Counted from the stretch's first letter, positions 1 to 10,268 are shown. The stretch: DNA of 64,000 bases from an uncultured Rivularia sp. (GCA_963665115.1 OY762007.1:7168001-7232000); one strand, 5' to 3'. A program made the numbers and translations. The notes: generated by a model from the letters alone, not told the origin.

Positions 1-274
1 TCGCAGTAATGTAAATTCCGGTTCATCCAGGAGAAAAACTTCAAGTCCATCTCGCACTCAACGGCGCAGAAGAACTAGCAAGCCAGCCTCCACCAGAAGA
101 AACAGGCGCTCATCACCACCAGTAAGGAAACAGCGTTCGGCTCCAGTGAGGAGAAAGCGTTCAGTAGCTCCTAAGCCAAAGAGACGTTCGGCTCCAGCAC
201 CAGCACCAAAGAAAAAATCAGCACCAAGTTCATCTGGTACATCATGGCGCGAAAAACTCAAGCCAGGGAGTTAA
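1..274 (+). CDS. 3' end of a gene entering the window; Arg/Ser/Pro-rich basic tail ending SWREKLKPGS, possibly a class A penicillin-binding protein tail
   Basis: Frame 2 is open from position 2 to TAA at 272-274 (RSNVNSGSSRRKTSS...SWREKLKPGS*). The PBP assignment rests only on recalled similarity of the WRExL tail. Confidence 0.45.
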   Translation, partial: RSNVNSGSSRRKTSSPSRTQRRRRTSKPASTRRNRRSSPPVRKQRSAPVRRKRSVAPKPKRRSAPAPAPKKKSAPSSSGTSWREKLKPGS

Positions 275-430
275 CAGTTAACAGTTAACAGTGAGCAGTT
301 AGGAGTTAGGAGTTGGGAATTGGGCATGGGGCGTAGGGCATTGGTAATTGGTAATTGATAATTGGTAATTGGTAATTATTCTCTCCCCCCTCTCCCCCTC
401 TCCCCATCTCCCCCTCTTCCCTCACCCCAA
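271..430. repeat. STRR-type heptamer tandem repeats and pyrimidine-rich repeats
   Basis: Runs of AACAGTT, GGAGTTA, GGTAATT and CTCCCC(C/A)T between genes, typical of Nostocales. Confidence 0.85.
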
Positions 431-491
431 AGTGATACGCTGTATTTAATACATTCATAGGCAATATTGCCTGTTTTGGGAGAAGAAATTT

Positions 492-716
492 ATGTCTTTA
501 TTAATGCAAGCAGCCGCACAAGCTGGGGCTGAAAGTGGTTTTCAGTTTCCTTTGGCTTTTACGCTCGTTTATGTAGTTGGCTTTATTGCTGCTGTGAGTA
601 TTGGCTCGATTGCTTGGTATAATTCTAAGCGTCCTGCTGGTTGGGAAAGTAAAAAGCGTCCTGATTTTGTACCTGAAGTTGAAAAAGAAGATAATCCCGG
701 TTTAGGTGGAAAATAA
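492..716 (+). CDS. psb35: Photosystem II assembly protein Psb35
   Basis: Single TM helix followed by GFIAAVSIGSIAWYNSKRPAGWE motif; GGAG RBS upstream. Confidence 0.85.
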   Translation: MSLLMQAAAQAGAESGFQFPLAFTLVYVVGFIAAVSIGSIAWYNSKRPAGWESKKRPDFVPEVEKEDNPGLGGK

Positions 717-752
717 TTTAAGTAATTTATTTATTTAATTCAAAAACAAAAA

Positions 753-781
753 AATAAGCCGGAGAGTTATTCCTCCGACTT
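753..781. terminator. Hairpin between convergent psb35 and PEP-CTERM genes
   Basis: AAGCCGGAG-agttattc-CTCCGACTT flanked by A and T tracts; near-identical copy at 2140-2168. Confidence 0.6.
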
Positions 782-817
782 TGTTTTATATTTGGTTTTG
801 AAAGATTACAGATAAAC

Positions 818-1585
818 TTACGAAGCACTTTTCTGTTTGATTTTCTTGCTTGCACGCTTGCGGCGAGTAGCTGTTAATCCGACTCCTATAATGCTAATGC
901 CTAATATGCTAGTAGGTTCTGGGACTGATGCTAAATTAGAACTTGATTGAGGAACTGGTGTAGATGTAGTTGTAAAGTTAACTGTTCCACCTTCGCCAAA
1001 GACTAAACTCGCTAATGTTGTAGCTAATGGGATATTAATATCCATTATCCCAGATAATGATGCCGCTATATTTCCAAAATCTTCTTCGCTAAATACAAAA
1101 TCCAAACCATCTGCTGTAAAATTATCATCTCCTAAATCAAATCCAAAGGTGAAAGTGAGATTTTCTTCCCCAAAATCACCATCCCCTACATAATTTGAAT
1201 CTTCACCATCTAATACGCTTGGTAAAATACCTTGATATTTAGCTGGCACAAAAGCCTGATTCAGTGCAAGGAATGGACTGGGACTTGCTTTTACACCATC
1301 CAAGGTTAAACTCTCATTAAACCCAAAGGCACCAACCGATACGTTAAATTCTTCTAATTTGTAGCTGAATAAACCTGCATCGTTTCCGGTAAGCTCAGTT
1401 TTATCGAAAGAAAAATCTCCCGTTGCAATTTCACTATTTAAACTATTTGAAGTAACGCTAAAGTTGGAAGTGTAAGACATAGTTGCAGCTTGAGCCGAAC
1501 TTGCCATCATTGTTCCGGTTAAAGCAACCCCGGCAACAGTACTAGCCCCAAATAAAGCTGCTTTTTGAAAGATATTTGAAAACAT
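818..1585 (-). CDS. PEP-CTERM sorting domain protein
   Basis: Signal peptide ending AQAA; C-terminal VPEPTS, TM helix and basic RRKR tail. Confidence 0.92.
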   Translation of the reverse strand: MFSNIFQKAALFGASTVAGVALTGTMMASSAQAATMSYTSNFSVTSNSLNSEIATGDFSFDKTELTGNDAGLFSYKLEEFNVSVGAFGFNESLTLDGVKASPSPFLALNQAFVPAKYQGILPSVLDGEDSNYVGDGDFGEENLTFTFGFDLGDDNFTADGLDFVFSEEDFGNIAASLSGIMDINIPLATTLASLVFGEGGTVNFTTTSTPVPQSSSNLASVPEPTSILGISIIGVGLTATRRKRASKKIKQKSAS

Positions 1586-1840
1586 ATTAAAGACTCCTAA
1601 AAAATTTTATACAAATGATGACTCAACTTTTTGCAGCCTAACACCAAGACTTTCAAAGCTTCCAGAGGAATCATAAACTCTTCATCAAAGTAATATTAAT
1701 ATCTTTATAAATAGTAGTTATACTTATCAACTTTTATCAACAAATATGAATTTTTTGGGTGTTGTTAGCCGTTTTCGTGACGCACTATTATTGATAGATA
1801 AATTAAAATACACGCTTATTAATTATTCGTTGAAAATTGT

Positions 1841-2070
1841 TACTAAGCTGCACGCTCCGCGTGAACGGGTTCAACACTTTGCTTATGCCGGGGAACCTGT
1901 CCATCGCAAGTGTTTCACCGCAACGCACTGCTCTCCAGGCCCAAAAACAAAGTCTGATAAATCAAGGCTGGGTATAGTTTTTAGTGCGTTTTAACGTACT
2001 TTGTATATGAGCCTTGAAATTAATTTCGAGGCGGTTGTGAAGGCTTAACGACATTGGTGCAAGATATCAG
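1841..2070. mobile_element. MITE-like element with nested GC-rich small repeat
   Basis: Imperfect ends TACTAAGCTGCAC / GTGCAAGATATCAG; internal GC-rich hairpins in AT-rich non-coding DNA. Confidence 0.4.
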
Positions 2071-2453
2071 ATTCATAGGACTGAAAAATTATCTGCGAGA
2101 TTACAAACTAATGTGATTGAATATAAGTATTGATATGAGAATAAGCCGGGGAGTTATCCCTCCGACTTAAATAAAATATGTATTAAAATTAACCACAAGG
2201 ATTTCCAAGATTTTCTACTGTGCGATTATTTCTTTATTGAAGCTATAAGTTTGTCTTTATAATTAGTGTTTTTACGTATTTATGGAATAAACGTTAAGAG
2301 CGAATAAACCGGGTTTCTATGAATGGAAAAACGAATATTTTCGTAATTTTTCGACAAGAAACCCGGTTTAGAACACAGCATACGAAGCTCAATACTTAGT
2401 TTATAAATAGTATCTCAACTCCTAACTCGCAACTCTTAACTCCTAACTCTTGT

Positions 2454-2909
2454 TCACTTCTGCACGTCAACCCAACGACGGTACATTTTTTGCACTTGTT
2501 GGAGGATTAGATTTGAACGTTTGTGGTTTGATTCGCTTTTACTAGACAAGTCTTGTATCTTAGCTAATAACTTGGCTTCTTCAATCGCTACTTCACCATC
2601 GCTGTAAATTAAACCACCGATTTCTTGAATTAGATTCTGACAATCTTCAGTGGTTGGAGAATTACCCAAATATTGCTTAATCCATTCGTAACATTCTTCT
2701 GGTTTGACAGGAACTAATTCGTACAGCCAAGGTTTGATTTCTGGATCTGTGGCAATACCTTTTTCTTGAGCTATTTGCTGAAGATACTGCCTTTCTTCCG
2801 GCTGAATCTTACCATCAATCCAAGCTGCTGCAATTAAAATTTTTAACAACTGTTTGACATCAGGTTTCTTTATCATGTTCACCTCCTCTAATAAATTTTC
2901 TCTTAACAA
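2454..2909 (-). CDS. TerB family (tellurite resistance-like) protein; true start probably at the second Met (MIKKP)
   Basis: AAWIDGKIQPEE and IYSDGEVAIEE paired TerB motifs. Confidence 0.8.
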   Translation of the reverse strand: MLRENLLEEVNMIKKPDVKQLLKILIAAAWIDGKIQPEERQYLQQIAQEKGIATDPEIKPWLYELVPVKPEECYEWIKQYLGNSPTTEDCQNLIQEIGGLIYSDGEVAIEEAKLLAKIQDLSSKSESNHKRSNLILQQVQKMYRRWVDVQK

Positions 2910-2921
2910 AATCTTACAGTT

Positions 2922-4343
2922 TTAATTATGCTTTTTTCTGTCCCTTTTTCTTAAATTCACCATAAAAAAACCATCCATATCATGTTTATGGGGTAATACT
3001 TTAATCCAACCTTCGGGGGTAGAATATTCATGAATAGGTGAATCTGTATCGGGAAGTTCGATTTGCCAATTGGGATTTGATTCTAAAAATGATTTTATAA
3101 CAGCTTCGTTTTCTGCTGGATGCAGCGTACAGGTTGAATAAACCAAAGAGCCATTATCTTTAACGAATTTGGAAGTATTTAATAAAAGTTCTCTTTGAAG
3201 TATAGAAAGTTCTTCTATATTTTCCGGTGTTTGTCTAAAACGTGCATCTGCATGACGGTGGAGAGTTCCCAAACCGGAGCAAGGAACGTCAAGCAGTACT
3301 TTATCGGCTAATATATCTTCAAGATCGATAAATTTATCTAAATCGCGACTGTCACCTACGCAAATCTCAATTGATTTTAAATTTAGTCTTTGAGTATTTT
3401 GTTGCAGCTTACGCAGACGCGAAGCAGTGCGATCGCAAGCAAAAATTTTCCCTGTATCCCGCATCATTTCTGCAATATGGGTTGTTTTACCTCCGGGAGC
3501 AGCGCAGGCATCAATTATTACTTCATTTTGTTGAGGTTTAAGTAAATAACTCACTAATTGAGCGCTGCTATCTTGTACTGTCCACCATCCTTCATTAAAA
3601 CCAGGTAAATTTTTAATTGCACCAGCAGAGCTTAATAAACGTAAAGCTTGCGGTAAATTAGCAACCCGTTGAGATAAAACACCTCGCTCTTTTAATGCTG
3701 TTTCAACTTGCTCCACAGAAGAACAAAGTTGGTTAACTCGCAAATCAATACTTGGAGTTCGATTCATCCATTCACATAATTTCTCCGTTTCCGAAAAACC
3801 GAACTGTTCTATCCATACATTTACAATCCAATCGGGAAAACTATATAAAATACCCAACCTTTCTGATTCTTTTTCAGGTAGTTCAATCGGAATTATTGTA
3901 CTTTTATTTTCTCCCCCCTCTCCCTTCTCTTCCCCCAACCGAATATATTGTCGTAACAAACCATTAACAAAACCAGAAAGGCCAGGAAAACCATTGTCTT
4001 TAGCTAATTGAACCGTAGTATTAACGGCAGCACTAGGGGGAATTCGTTCTTGAAATTGCAGTTGATATAAACCCAAATGTAAAATGCAGCGAAGTAATAA
4101 AGGTTGCTGATGAGATTTTTTTCGAGCTAACTCATCAATAATTGCATCAAGAGTTCGCTGTCTTCTGACGCTACCGTAAACTAATTCTGTTACCAAACGG
4201 CGCTCGTTATCGGGTAAATCAACTTTTCTTATAGCCCTATCCAATGCTACGTCGGCATAAGCCCCCTTGTGGACATCTCGCAGGGCTATTAAAGCTTGTT
4301 GACGGGAAGATGGGGGATTGGGCATTGGGAGATGGGGAGACAA
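2922..4343 (-). CDS. rsmB: 16S rRNA m5C967 methyltransferase RsmB/Sun; start probably ATG at 4325
   Basis: NusB-like N-terminal domain; DACAAPGGKT, DVPCSGLG, YSTCT and DGFF motifs. Confidence 0.95.
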   Translation of the reverse strand: MSPHLPMPNPPSSRQQALIALRDVHKGAYADVALDRAIRKVDLPDNERRLVTELVYGSVRRQRTLDAIIDELARKKSHQQPLLLRCILHLGLYQLQFQERIPPSAAVNTTVQLAKDNGFPGLSGFVNGLLRQYIRLGEEKGEGGENKSTIIPIELPEKESERLGILYSFPDWIVNVWIEQFGFSETEKLCEWMNRTPSIDLRVNQLCSSVEQVETALKERGVLSQRVANLPQALRLLSSAGAIKNLPGFNEGWWTVQDSSAQLVSYLLKPQQNEVIIDACAAPGGKTTHIAEMMRDTGKIFACDRTASRLRKLQQNTQRLNLKSIEICVGDSRDLDKFIDLEDILADKVLLDVPCSGLGTLHRHADARFRQTPENIEELSILQRELLLNTSKFVKDNGSLVYSTCTLHPAENEAVIKSFLESNPNWQIELPDTDSPIHEYSTPEGWIKVLPHKHDMDGFFMVNLRKRDRKKHN

Positions 4344-4472
4344 GGGGACAAGGGGAAAGTTAGGAGTTGGGAGTTAGGAGTTGGGAGTTAGGAGTTGGGA
4401 GTTATAGATTTAACTATTAATTACATCGATCGCTGTTTAACAATTACCAATTCCCAATTACCGATTACCAAT
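4320..4472. repeat. STRR heptamer repeats
   Basis: GGGGACA, (GG/AG)GAGTT and CAATTAC tandem runs. Confidence 0.8.
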
Positions 4473-4579
4473 CCTCAAACAAACAAATAAATAAATAATC
4501 CTTCTCACTGTACCTTGAATTAGCAAGAAGGATTGCAAAAGTTATTAGCATTCTATCTTTCCCAATGCCCAATGCCCTA

Positions 4580-6016
4580 TTAAGCATCAAAGCTATCAAT
4601 TTCAAATTCACAAGCTCTTGAGTCAGATTCCATAGTAAATGGCTCGAAGTTAAGTAATGATAAATGAGATGGTTCTTTAATCATTTCTTTTGCTAATAGC
4701 AATCCGGCAACTGTCCAAGTTTGATATTTTCTGGATTGCTTACCAATTAATCTTCCTCGCTTACCATCATAATATTCTGGCCATTCATCTTCTTGAAGAC
4801 GTAACTGAGCAATATGAATCGCTCTTTCGGCAATACATATTTTATTTGTTTTAATAGCCGCAGCCGTTAACATCCACATCAAAACTGGCCAGCTTCCACC
4901 ATTATGATAAGACCAAGGAATATTCTTGGGGTCGCATCCAGTTATGATTTTATATTCTTCATTTTCTAATGCAGGAAATGTAATCTTCATCGGCATATCT
5001 CCCACCAAATCTTCCCATCTTTTTTCAATGAGAGTCATAATGGCTTCAGACTGTTCTTCACTCGCTAAATCGGAAATAATCGCCATCAAATTTCCTAAAG
5101 AAAAGAAACGAGTATCCATCTGTGATGGGCCAATATTACCTGCTAAAAACCCACCTTTTTTAGGCAACCACTTAGCTAATTCGTTGTAAGGCAGCGAATC
5201 TACATACACGTTAAATTCATTGACAGCCTCTTTACCGTATTCTTCACCTTTGTAGCGATAAATAGCATTAAGACGTTTAATATCTATCCAATAATGTTTG
5301 CGAATATGGGCGCGTAAAATAGGTAAACGATTATCAATTGCAATCACCCAATCTTGATTGCCCTGACAAATTAACATTTCTCGTGCCGCACGCAATGCTC
5401 CATAAAATAAAGATTGAATTTCTAAAGGATGCCCGTAAATGCCCAAACGTCTATCAATCATGCAAGCTCCATCTGGAACTAATAACGTTGGGTACATATC
5501 AAAACGAGTTGCCAAACAAAGTTCTAAAATTAGCCCAATACCTGTTTGAAACTCTGGTTGATATACCAGTGAATAATCTTTTGTCGCAACTACATAAGCG
5601 CGTAATATTATCAGCCACCACAGACAAGAATCAATTGGTGTTACTCTTGCGATCGCGTGTTCGCCAAAATCCGCTTCTAGATATTCCTCTCCATTCTTGG
5701 ACACTACTTTGAAACTAGCTGGCATTAAGCCTTGCCCTGGTTTGTAAGCATCCAATTGATTATCTTTTGGCTGCAACTTCAAAGTTTCTTCTAGAAAGTT
5801 ACGGACTATATCCGTTTCTCCTTTAATTAGAAAAAGTAGAGCAGATGAAGCAAAATCTCGGACAAAACACTGGTCGTAGTTTAATGAATTAACGCTTCCA
5901 TCTAAAGCCGCTACCGTACCAACGGGACGACCTTTATAGTAGATGATGGTCTTCTGGATCTGTTCCCATCCTTCTTTTTCTACTTTGTCAATTGCTTCCA
6001 AATCTTCTAGTTGCAT
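4580..6016 (-). CDS. invB: Alkaline/neutral invertase (GH100), InvB-type
   Basis: [40 protein letters not shown] and WPEYYDG motifs; N-terminal [12 protein letters not shown]...LQPKD matches recalled Anabaena InvB rather than InvA. Confidence 0.88.
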   Translation of the reverse strand: MQLEDLEAIDKVEKEGWEQIQKTIIYYKGRPVGTVAALDGSVNSLNYDQCFVRDFASSALLFLIKGETDIVRNFLEETLKLQPKDNQLDAYKPGQGLMPASFKVVSKNGEEYLEADFGEHAIARVTPIDSCLWWLIILRAYVVATKDYSLVYQPEFQTGIGLILELCLATRFDMYPTLLVPDGACMIDRRLGIYGHPLEIQSLFYGALRAAREMLICQGNQDWVIAIDNRLPILRAHIRKHYWIDIKRLNAIYRYKGEEYGKEAVNEFNVYVDSLPYNELAKWLPKKGGFLAGNIGPSQMDTRFFSLGNLMAIISDLASEEQSEAIMTLIEKRWEDLVGDMPMKITFPALENEEYKIITGCDPKNIPWSYHNGGSWPVLMWMLTAAAIKTNKICIAERAIHIAQLRLQEDEWPEYYDGKRGRLIGKQSRKYQTWTVAGLLLAKEMIKEPSHLSLLNFEPFTMESDSRACEFEIDSFDA

Positions 6017-6685
6017 ATCTAGTAAAACTCCTTTGTGCGGTTAATATAATTAGTACGAGCTATTTATAGATTCCCCTACCCTTTTGTTATCGGGTAATTT
6101 ATTAAAATTTTTCATAATGCATGATATTTAGCATGAATAAGATACTCACCAAAAATCACCTTTTTACTGATTGTTTCTCATTATTTATAATGTCAAGTAA
6201 ATACATTTTAAACACCTGCTTTTTTCTTGCAGATAATGAGAATATCTTTGAATAAAGATACTCACAAATGATATGTTTCCGATCTATCTATGTAGCTGCA
6301 TTATTACTAATTATAACAATTTTTTATTTCATGCAACAATATTTGAATATTTTTATGCAGTTTTTTTTGAGAAATTAAATATTAGTAAGCTCTTGTTTAA
6401 ACAAAATTTTTGCTCATAATCTATAAGAAAATTTTCCGAATAGAAATCACAATAACTTGCTATCAAAATAAAGCAAATAACTCTCATTTACATAAAAAAT
6501 CTTTAGAATCGGATATTTAAATATTCTTGGCAAAAAATACAATATTTTATGAATTTAACAAGCCAAATATGTTTATGGTAATAAAATTTACTATAGGCTA
6601 AAAATATAATTAAGTCTGTTTCTGCCATTTCGACTCGATCATATATAAGATAATTGCTATTTAACCTAATTCGCTAATAATTGCA

Positions 6686-6727
6686 ACTATAAAAAAAACT
6701 AAAATATATAACTGTATATAAAACTAC
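6686..6727 (-). promoter_or_regulatory. Candidate NtcA-activated (class II) promoter facing invB
   Basis: Minus strand GTA-N8-TAC (6727-6714), then 22 nt, then TATAGT (6691-6686). Confidence 0.55.
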
Positions 6728-6985
6728 AAAACTAGTTACTAGCCTCATAACCTACATAAACAGTTATAGATAGATATACTATTTTAATTGTCTAATAATT
6801 CACATATAGACTGTTGAGTTGAGTAAAAGTTGAAATAAATTTATTGCAATAGGGTTTGACCTCAATGATAGGAATAAGTATATTAATCTTCTAGTTTGTT
6901 TACTTAATATAAAGCAACCGCTAAGCGATCGAGCTTCCGGTCTAATGCTATACGGCGGCAATGAACAATAGAACAACGGCATTCT

Positions 6986-6999
6986 GTAACCATTGCTAC
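6986..6999. promoter_or_regulatory. Candidate NtcA box
   Basis: ttctGTA-accattgc-TACagaa, extended palindrome; no correctly spaced -10 on either side. Confidence 0.4.
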
Positions 7000-7556
7000 A
7001 GAAATTATATCAAATCTTAAAGACTCTTCAAGTTTTTCAACTCTCAACTATACAAAGTATTGGTAAACTATTATAAAAATCTGATAAAGCTTTAATGCAT
7101 TTACGACTCAGATAAACCCTCTATCGTAAAAAATTGTTAGCAGTACTACATTTACCGTTGTTGCTGTACAAGTCTAAATATCATTTTTTTAAAGATTATT
7201 GCTTGTCAAACTGCGGTTTGACAAGGACAGTTTATACTGAGATGTATCAACAGACTTTAGTACTTATACAGGATACAATACTTACCCGTCACAGCTATTG
7301 AGTAAAACTAACTATTTGCATTCGCTTGTAGTAGCTAAGAATATTTATGACGACGAAAATACTTAAATAGCGAGCTTTGAAACAATATAAAAACATTAAG
7401 ACAAGATATTTTCATAAAACTTAGCTGACAATTTAATTTATTTTACTTGTATTATATTTACACTATATTTAATATACATTTTATACGACATATAAAAAAC
7501 AAGTATTTCAGTACAGCGATTATTATTCATCGCATAAAAAAACAAAGGAAAGATAT

Positions 7557-8624
7557 ATGTTAAAAGCTTCTGAAATTGTGAAAACGCCTTCAGCCGAACG
7601 CTTACTTAATCTTTGGGCACGGCGTTATACACCTGAAATATCTTCCCTGTTGGCGAATACTTCATCTTGCAATGAATTATTAAAAGCAACAACACCAGAA
7701 GGTAGAGCCCTAACCGGCAACAAGTTAAAAGAAAAAATGCTGGATGTAAATTGCCAGATGGGGTGGATACAAACTAAAAATCTCTACAGCTATATTCCTA
7801 ACGTTTTAGATTTAACTGAAGCAAGACGTATTACAAAGTTTGCTTTCCGCGTTTATAGAAAATTATTAGAAATTTATCAACAGCAGTCACCAAAAATAGA
7901 AGTAGAAAATAATTCTCTTTCTCAATGGGTTATACCAGCAGTTGAAGAACTTGGATATGCTTTAGAACCCATATTAATTATATTTCAGGAGCAGCACGTA
8001 GCATCTAAAGATTGGCGAAGCCTTGGTTTTATGACTTCGCAACTTAATTTTACTAATAAATTAATGTTAAAGCGGTTGACAACAGCCGAACAAGTATTGC
8101 TAGCTCCTTACTTAAAATTCGTCGAAGAACAAGTAGCAATGCCTTGGCAAAGAGTTTGTTCCAATGCCGCTAATTATGAACTAAATTCGCCGGAATTGAA
8201 ACTTGTAGAACAATTGATGCCAGCTTCGTCAGAAATTGCTCAATCAGTTCATTGCAAGCTAATCGAATTGTTGCCTAATAATCGTAGTAGAAGAGGAAAA
8301 TTAACCGATAAGAGTATATCTCATTCTTGTCTCCGCGACTTAAATATGTTCCAAGCTTATCTTTTATTATGCTTTTTAGAAAAGAGTATGGCACCAATCC
8401 AAGAAGAATTAATTCCTTTATGCGCGATGGTAGTACAAGGGGTTGAAATTAAATGGGAATTAACTCAAAAATGGTGCGAAGTGTTAGCTACCGAAATGGA
8501 AAGCCGTTTGGATTCCGAGCAAAAGAATTTATTGCAGCCTTATACTCAAGGAATGAAACAGGCGTTTTTTACAGAGCGTAGAAGTTTGGGGTATAAAGAA
8601 GGAATGACGGCAGAGATTGTTTGA
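7557..8624 (+). CDS. Hypothetical protein with C-terminal phycobiliprotein/globin-like domain
   Basis: 355-aa ORF with AAGGA RBS; residues ~224-338 align by eye without gaps to allophycocyanin alpha, including SCLRDL. Confidence 0.7.
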   Translation: MLKASEIVKTPSAERLLNLWARRYTPEISSLLANTSSCNELLKATTPEGRALTGNKLKEKMLDVNCQMGWIQTKNLYSYIPNVLDLTEARRITKFAFRVYRKLLEIYQQQSPKIEVENNSLSQWVIPAVEELGYALEPILIIFQEQHVASKDWRSLGFMTSQLNFTNKLMLKRLTTAEQVLLAPYLKFVEEQVAMPWQRVCSNAANYELNSPELKLVEQLMPASSEIAQSVHCKLIELLPNNRSRRGKLTDKSISHSCLRDLNMFQAYLLLCFLEKSMAPIQEELIPLCAMVVQGVEIKWELTQKWCEVLATEMESRLDSEQKNLLQPYTQGMKQAFFTERRSLGYKEGMTAEIV

Positions 8625-8813
8625 TTATTGAGGCGTTTAATAATAGATTAGTTAGCTGGATTATCAGGCTACAACAAGCGGTGTAATTGACTGTATTAAG
8701 AAATAAGTAAAATCATGTCATGCTAATTCGATCGGATAAGGTAATTTTAATTTCCCGATTCACTTTTTTAACGGGAGTGTTTTTGATATTCGCTTCCCGC
8801 CACCAAGTGTCTA

Positions 8814-9710
8814 TCAGTCAGCTAAAAGTTGTTTTTTAAGACTCTGTAATTCGTCTTCAATTTCAAGCGCTGCAAATTGTGGATTTAAATCCTCTCCAGA
8901 TAAAAAGGTTTGTAGCTCTTGTTTTGCTGCGGAATAAAAATCCATTTCCAATATTTTTTCTTCTATTCGCTCGAAAGCCTGTATTGGAGTTTCGCTGATT
9001 GCTGTTTTATTTGTTGTTGTTTCGCTCAACATTTTCGCAACACCATAAGCAGCAAGCCCAACAACTCCACCTAAAGCTGCCATCGGTATTGTACCAATTC
9101 CAACTGCCAATCCTATTTTTGGCGCGACTAATCCCATAGTTCCCACGAAGCTAGAAACACTTGCACCGCCGATACTACCGATGGCGATCGCACTGATTGC
9201 AACATTATCTCCTTCGATTGCTTGCAAAGCACCATAAGTTGCTGCACCAGTAACAGCACCAGCACAAACTACAGGTGCTGCTCCAATTCCGATACCTCCG
9301 AAACTTCCAGCTAAACCCATTCCACCAATTATCGGAGAAAGATTAGCACCCGCAATAGTTCCAGTAGCAATAAAAGCGGCTCCCGCAACAATATTTTTTC
9401 GTGTTTGAGAAACTTGATCTTGGTAATAACTAAAGTCTGTTTTAATTTTACTCAATTGTGATGTTTGCTCATCAATAATATTTTTCAATCTGCTGGCAAT
9501 TTCTTCGCAGCGCTGTTTTTTATATTTAGCACGAGAAATTAAATCATCTCGATTTGAAGCAAGAGTAAGTTGATATACCTTAGTCCATTCCGAGGCTTTA
9601 GCTTGAGCTTTTTCAAAATCTTTTTGAGTAGCGCGTAGTTTTTCTAATTTATCCTGCTGTACATTCATTTGATTGTGTTCCATAATTTTCCCATCTTTAT
9701 ACTCGTTCAC
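8814..9710 (-). CDS. PspA/IM30 (Vipp1)-like protein with inserted Gly-rich hydrophobic region
   Basis: KASEWTKVYQLTLASNRDDLISRA and AFERIEEKILEM...EDLNPQFAALEIEDELQSLKKQL resemble PspA/Vipp1 segments; residues ~107-228 are Gly/Ala-rich and hydrophobic. Confidence 0.75.
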   Translation of the reverse strand: MNEYKDGKIMEHNQMNVQQDKLEKLRATQKDFEKAQAKASEWTKVYQLTLASNRDDLISRAKYKKQRCEEIASRLKNIIDEQTSQLSKIKTDFSYYQDQVSQTRKNIVAGAAFIATGTIAGANLSPIIGGMGLAGSFGGIGIGAAPVVCAGAVTGAATYGALQAIEGDNVAISAIAIGSIGGASVSSFVGTMGLVAPKIGLAVGIGTIPMAALGGVVGLAAYGVAKMLSETTTNKTAISETPIQAFERIEEKILEMDFYSAAKQELQTFLSGEDLNPQFAALEIEDELQSLKKQLLAD

Positions 9711-10049
9711 CCAAGCTTACGCTGATATAACTTGCTACAACCTTGGAAGAATTCAGGAAATATGACAATTTATTCTTAAAATTTTTTTGAAGTCACACCT
9801 CCCAACCCTTTTTAAGGGCAGGCTTTATGTAAGTCCGAATCGAGATACGCCTAATTTAGTCCAGGTTAGCGTGGCGTGCCCGGAGGGCATAGGTGGGATT
9901 TGCAATCGTAGCGCCACTCTTGCAGATCTCAATTAGTAAAAGAAGCAGCAAAAACCCTTCAGCTAATTTACCGAAGGGTTTTGAATGCTATTAAATTTTT
10001 ATTTGAAACTAAGTGTTTTTTATTGTAAGTTAGGAGACTTCTTCGCCAT

Positions 10050-10268
10050 CTAAGCGCTAATTAAAATATTCTTGAAACCATAAATTGCAAGTCCAATGAC
10101 TGCACCAGCACCTACAACAGTAGCCGAGCTAATAAAAACAGTGCTTCCAGCAACTGCTAAACCTATACTTCCAACCTTTGCTACAACTCCAGCACCAGCA
10201 GCAACTACTCCACCTGCTGTGAAAACCGCAGCTTCTTTAAAATCGTTTTCCTTATGTTTTCTAGACAT
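10050..10268 (-). CDS. Small glycine-zipper membrane protein
   Basis: 72 aa; GGVVAAGAGVV...GSIGLAVAG...GAGAVIGLAIYG, the same module as in 8814-9710. Confidence 0.7.
   Translation of the reverse strand: MSRKHKENDFKEAAVFTAGGVVAAGAGVVAKVGSIGLAVAGSTVFISSATVVGAGAVIGLAIYGFKNILISA

Noticed and set aside
58..261. Minus-strand 67-aa ORF
   Set aside because: Antisense shadow of the plus-strand gene tail ending at 274.
1746..1994. 82-aa ORF (similarly 22252-22446, 23440-23625, 33399-33668, 16977-17189)
   Set aside because: They run through dispersed repeat or MITE DNA and have no protein-like motifs.
6800..6982. 60-aa ORF in the invB upstream region (similarly 39802-39987, 18463-18651)
   Set aside because: No RBS or recognisable motif; consistent with chance ORFs.
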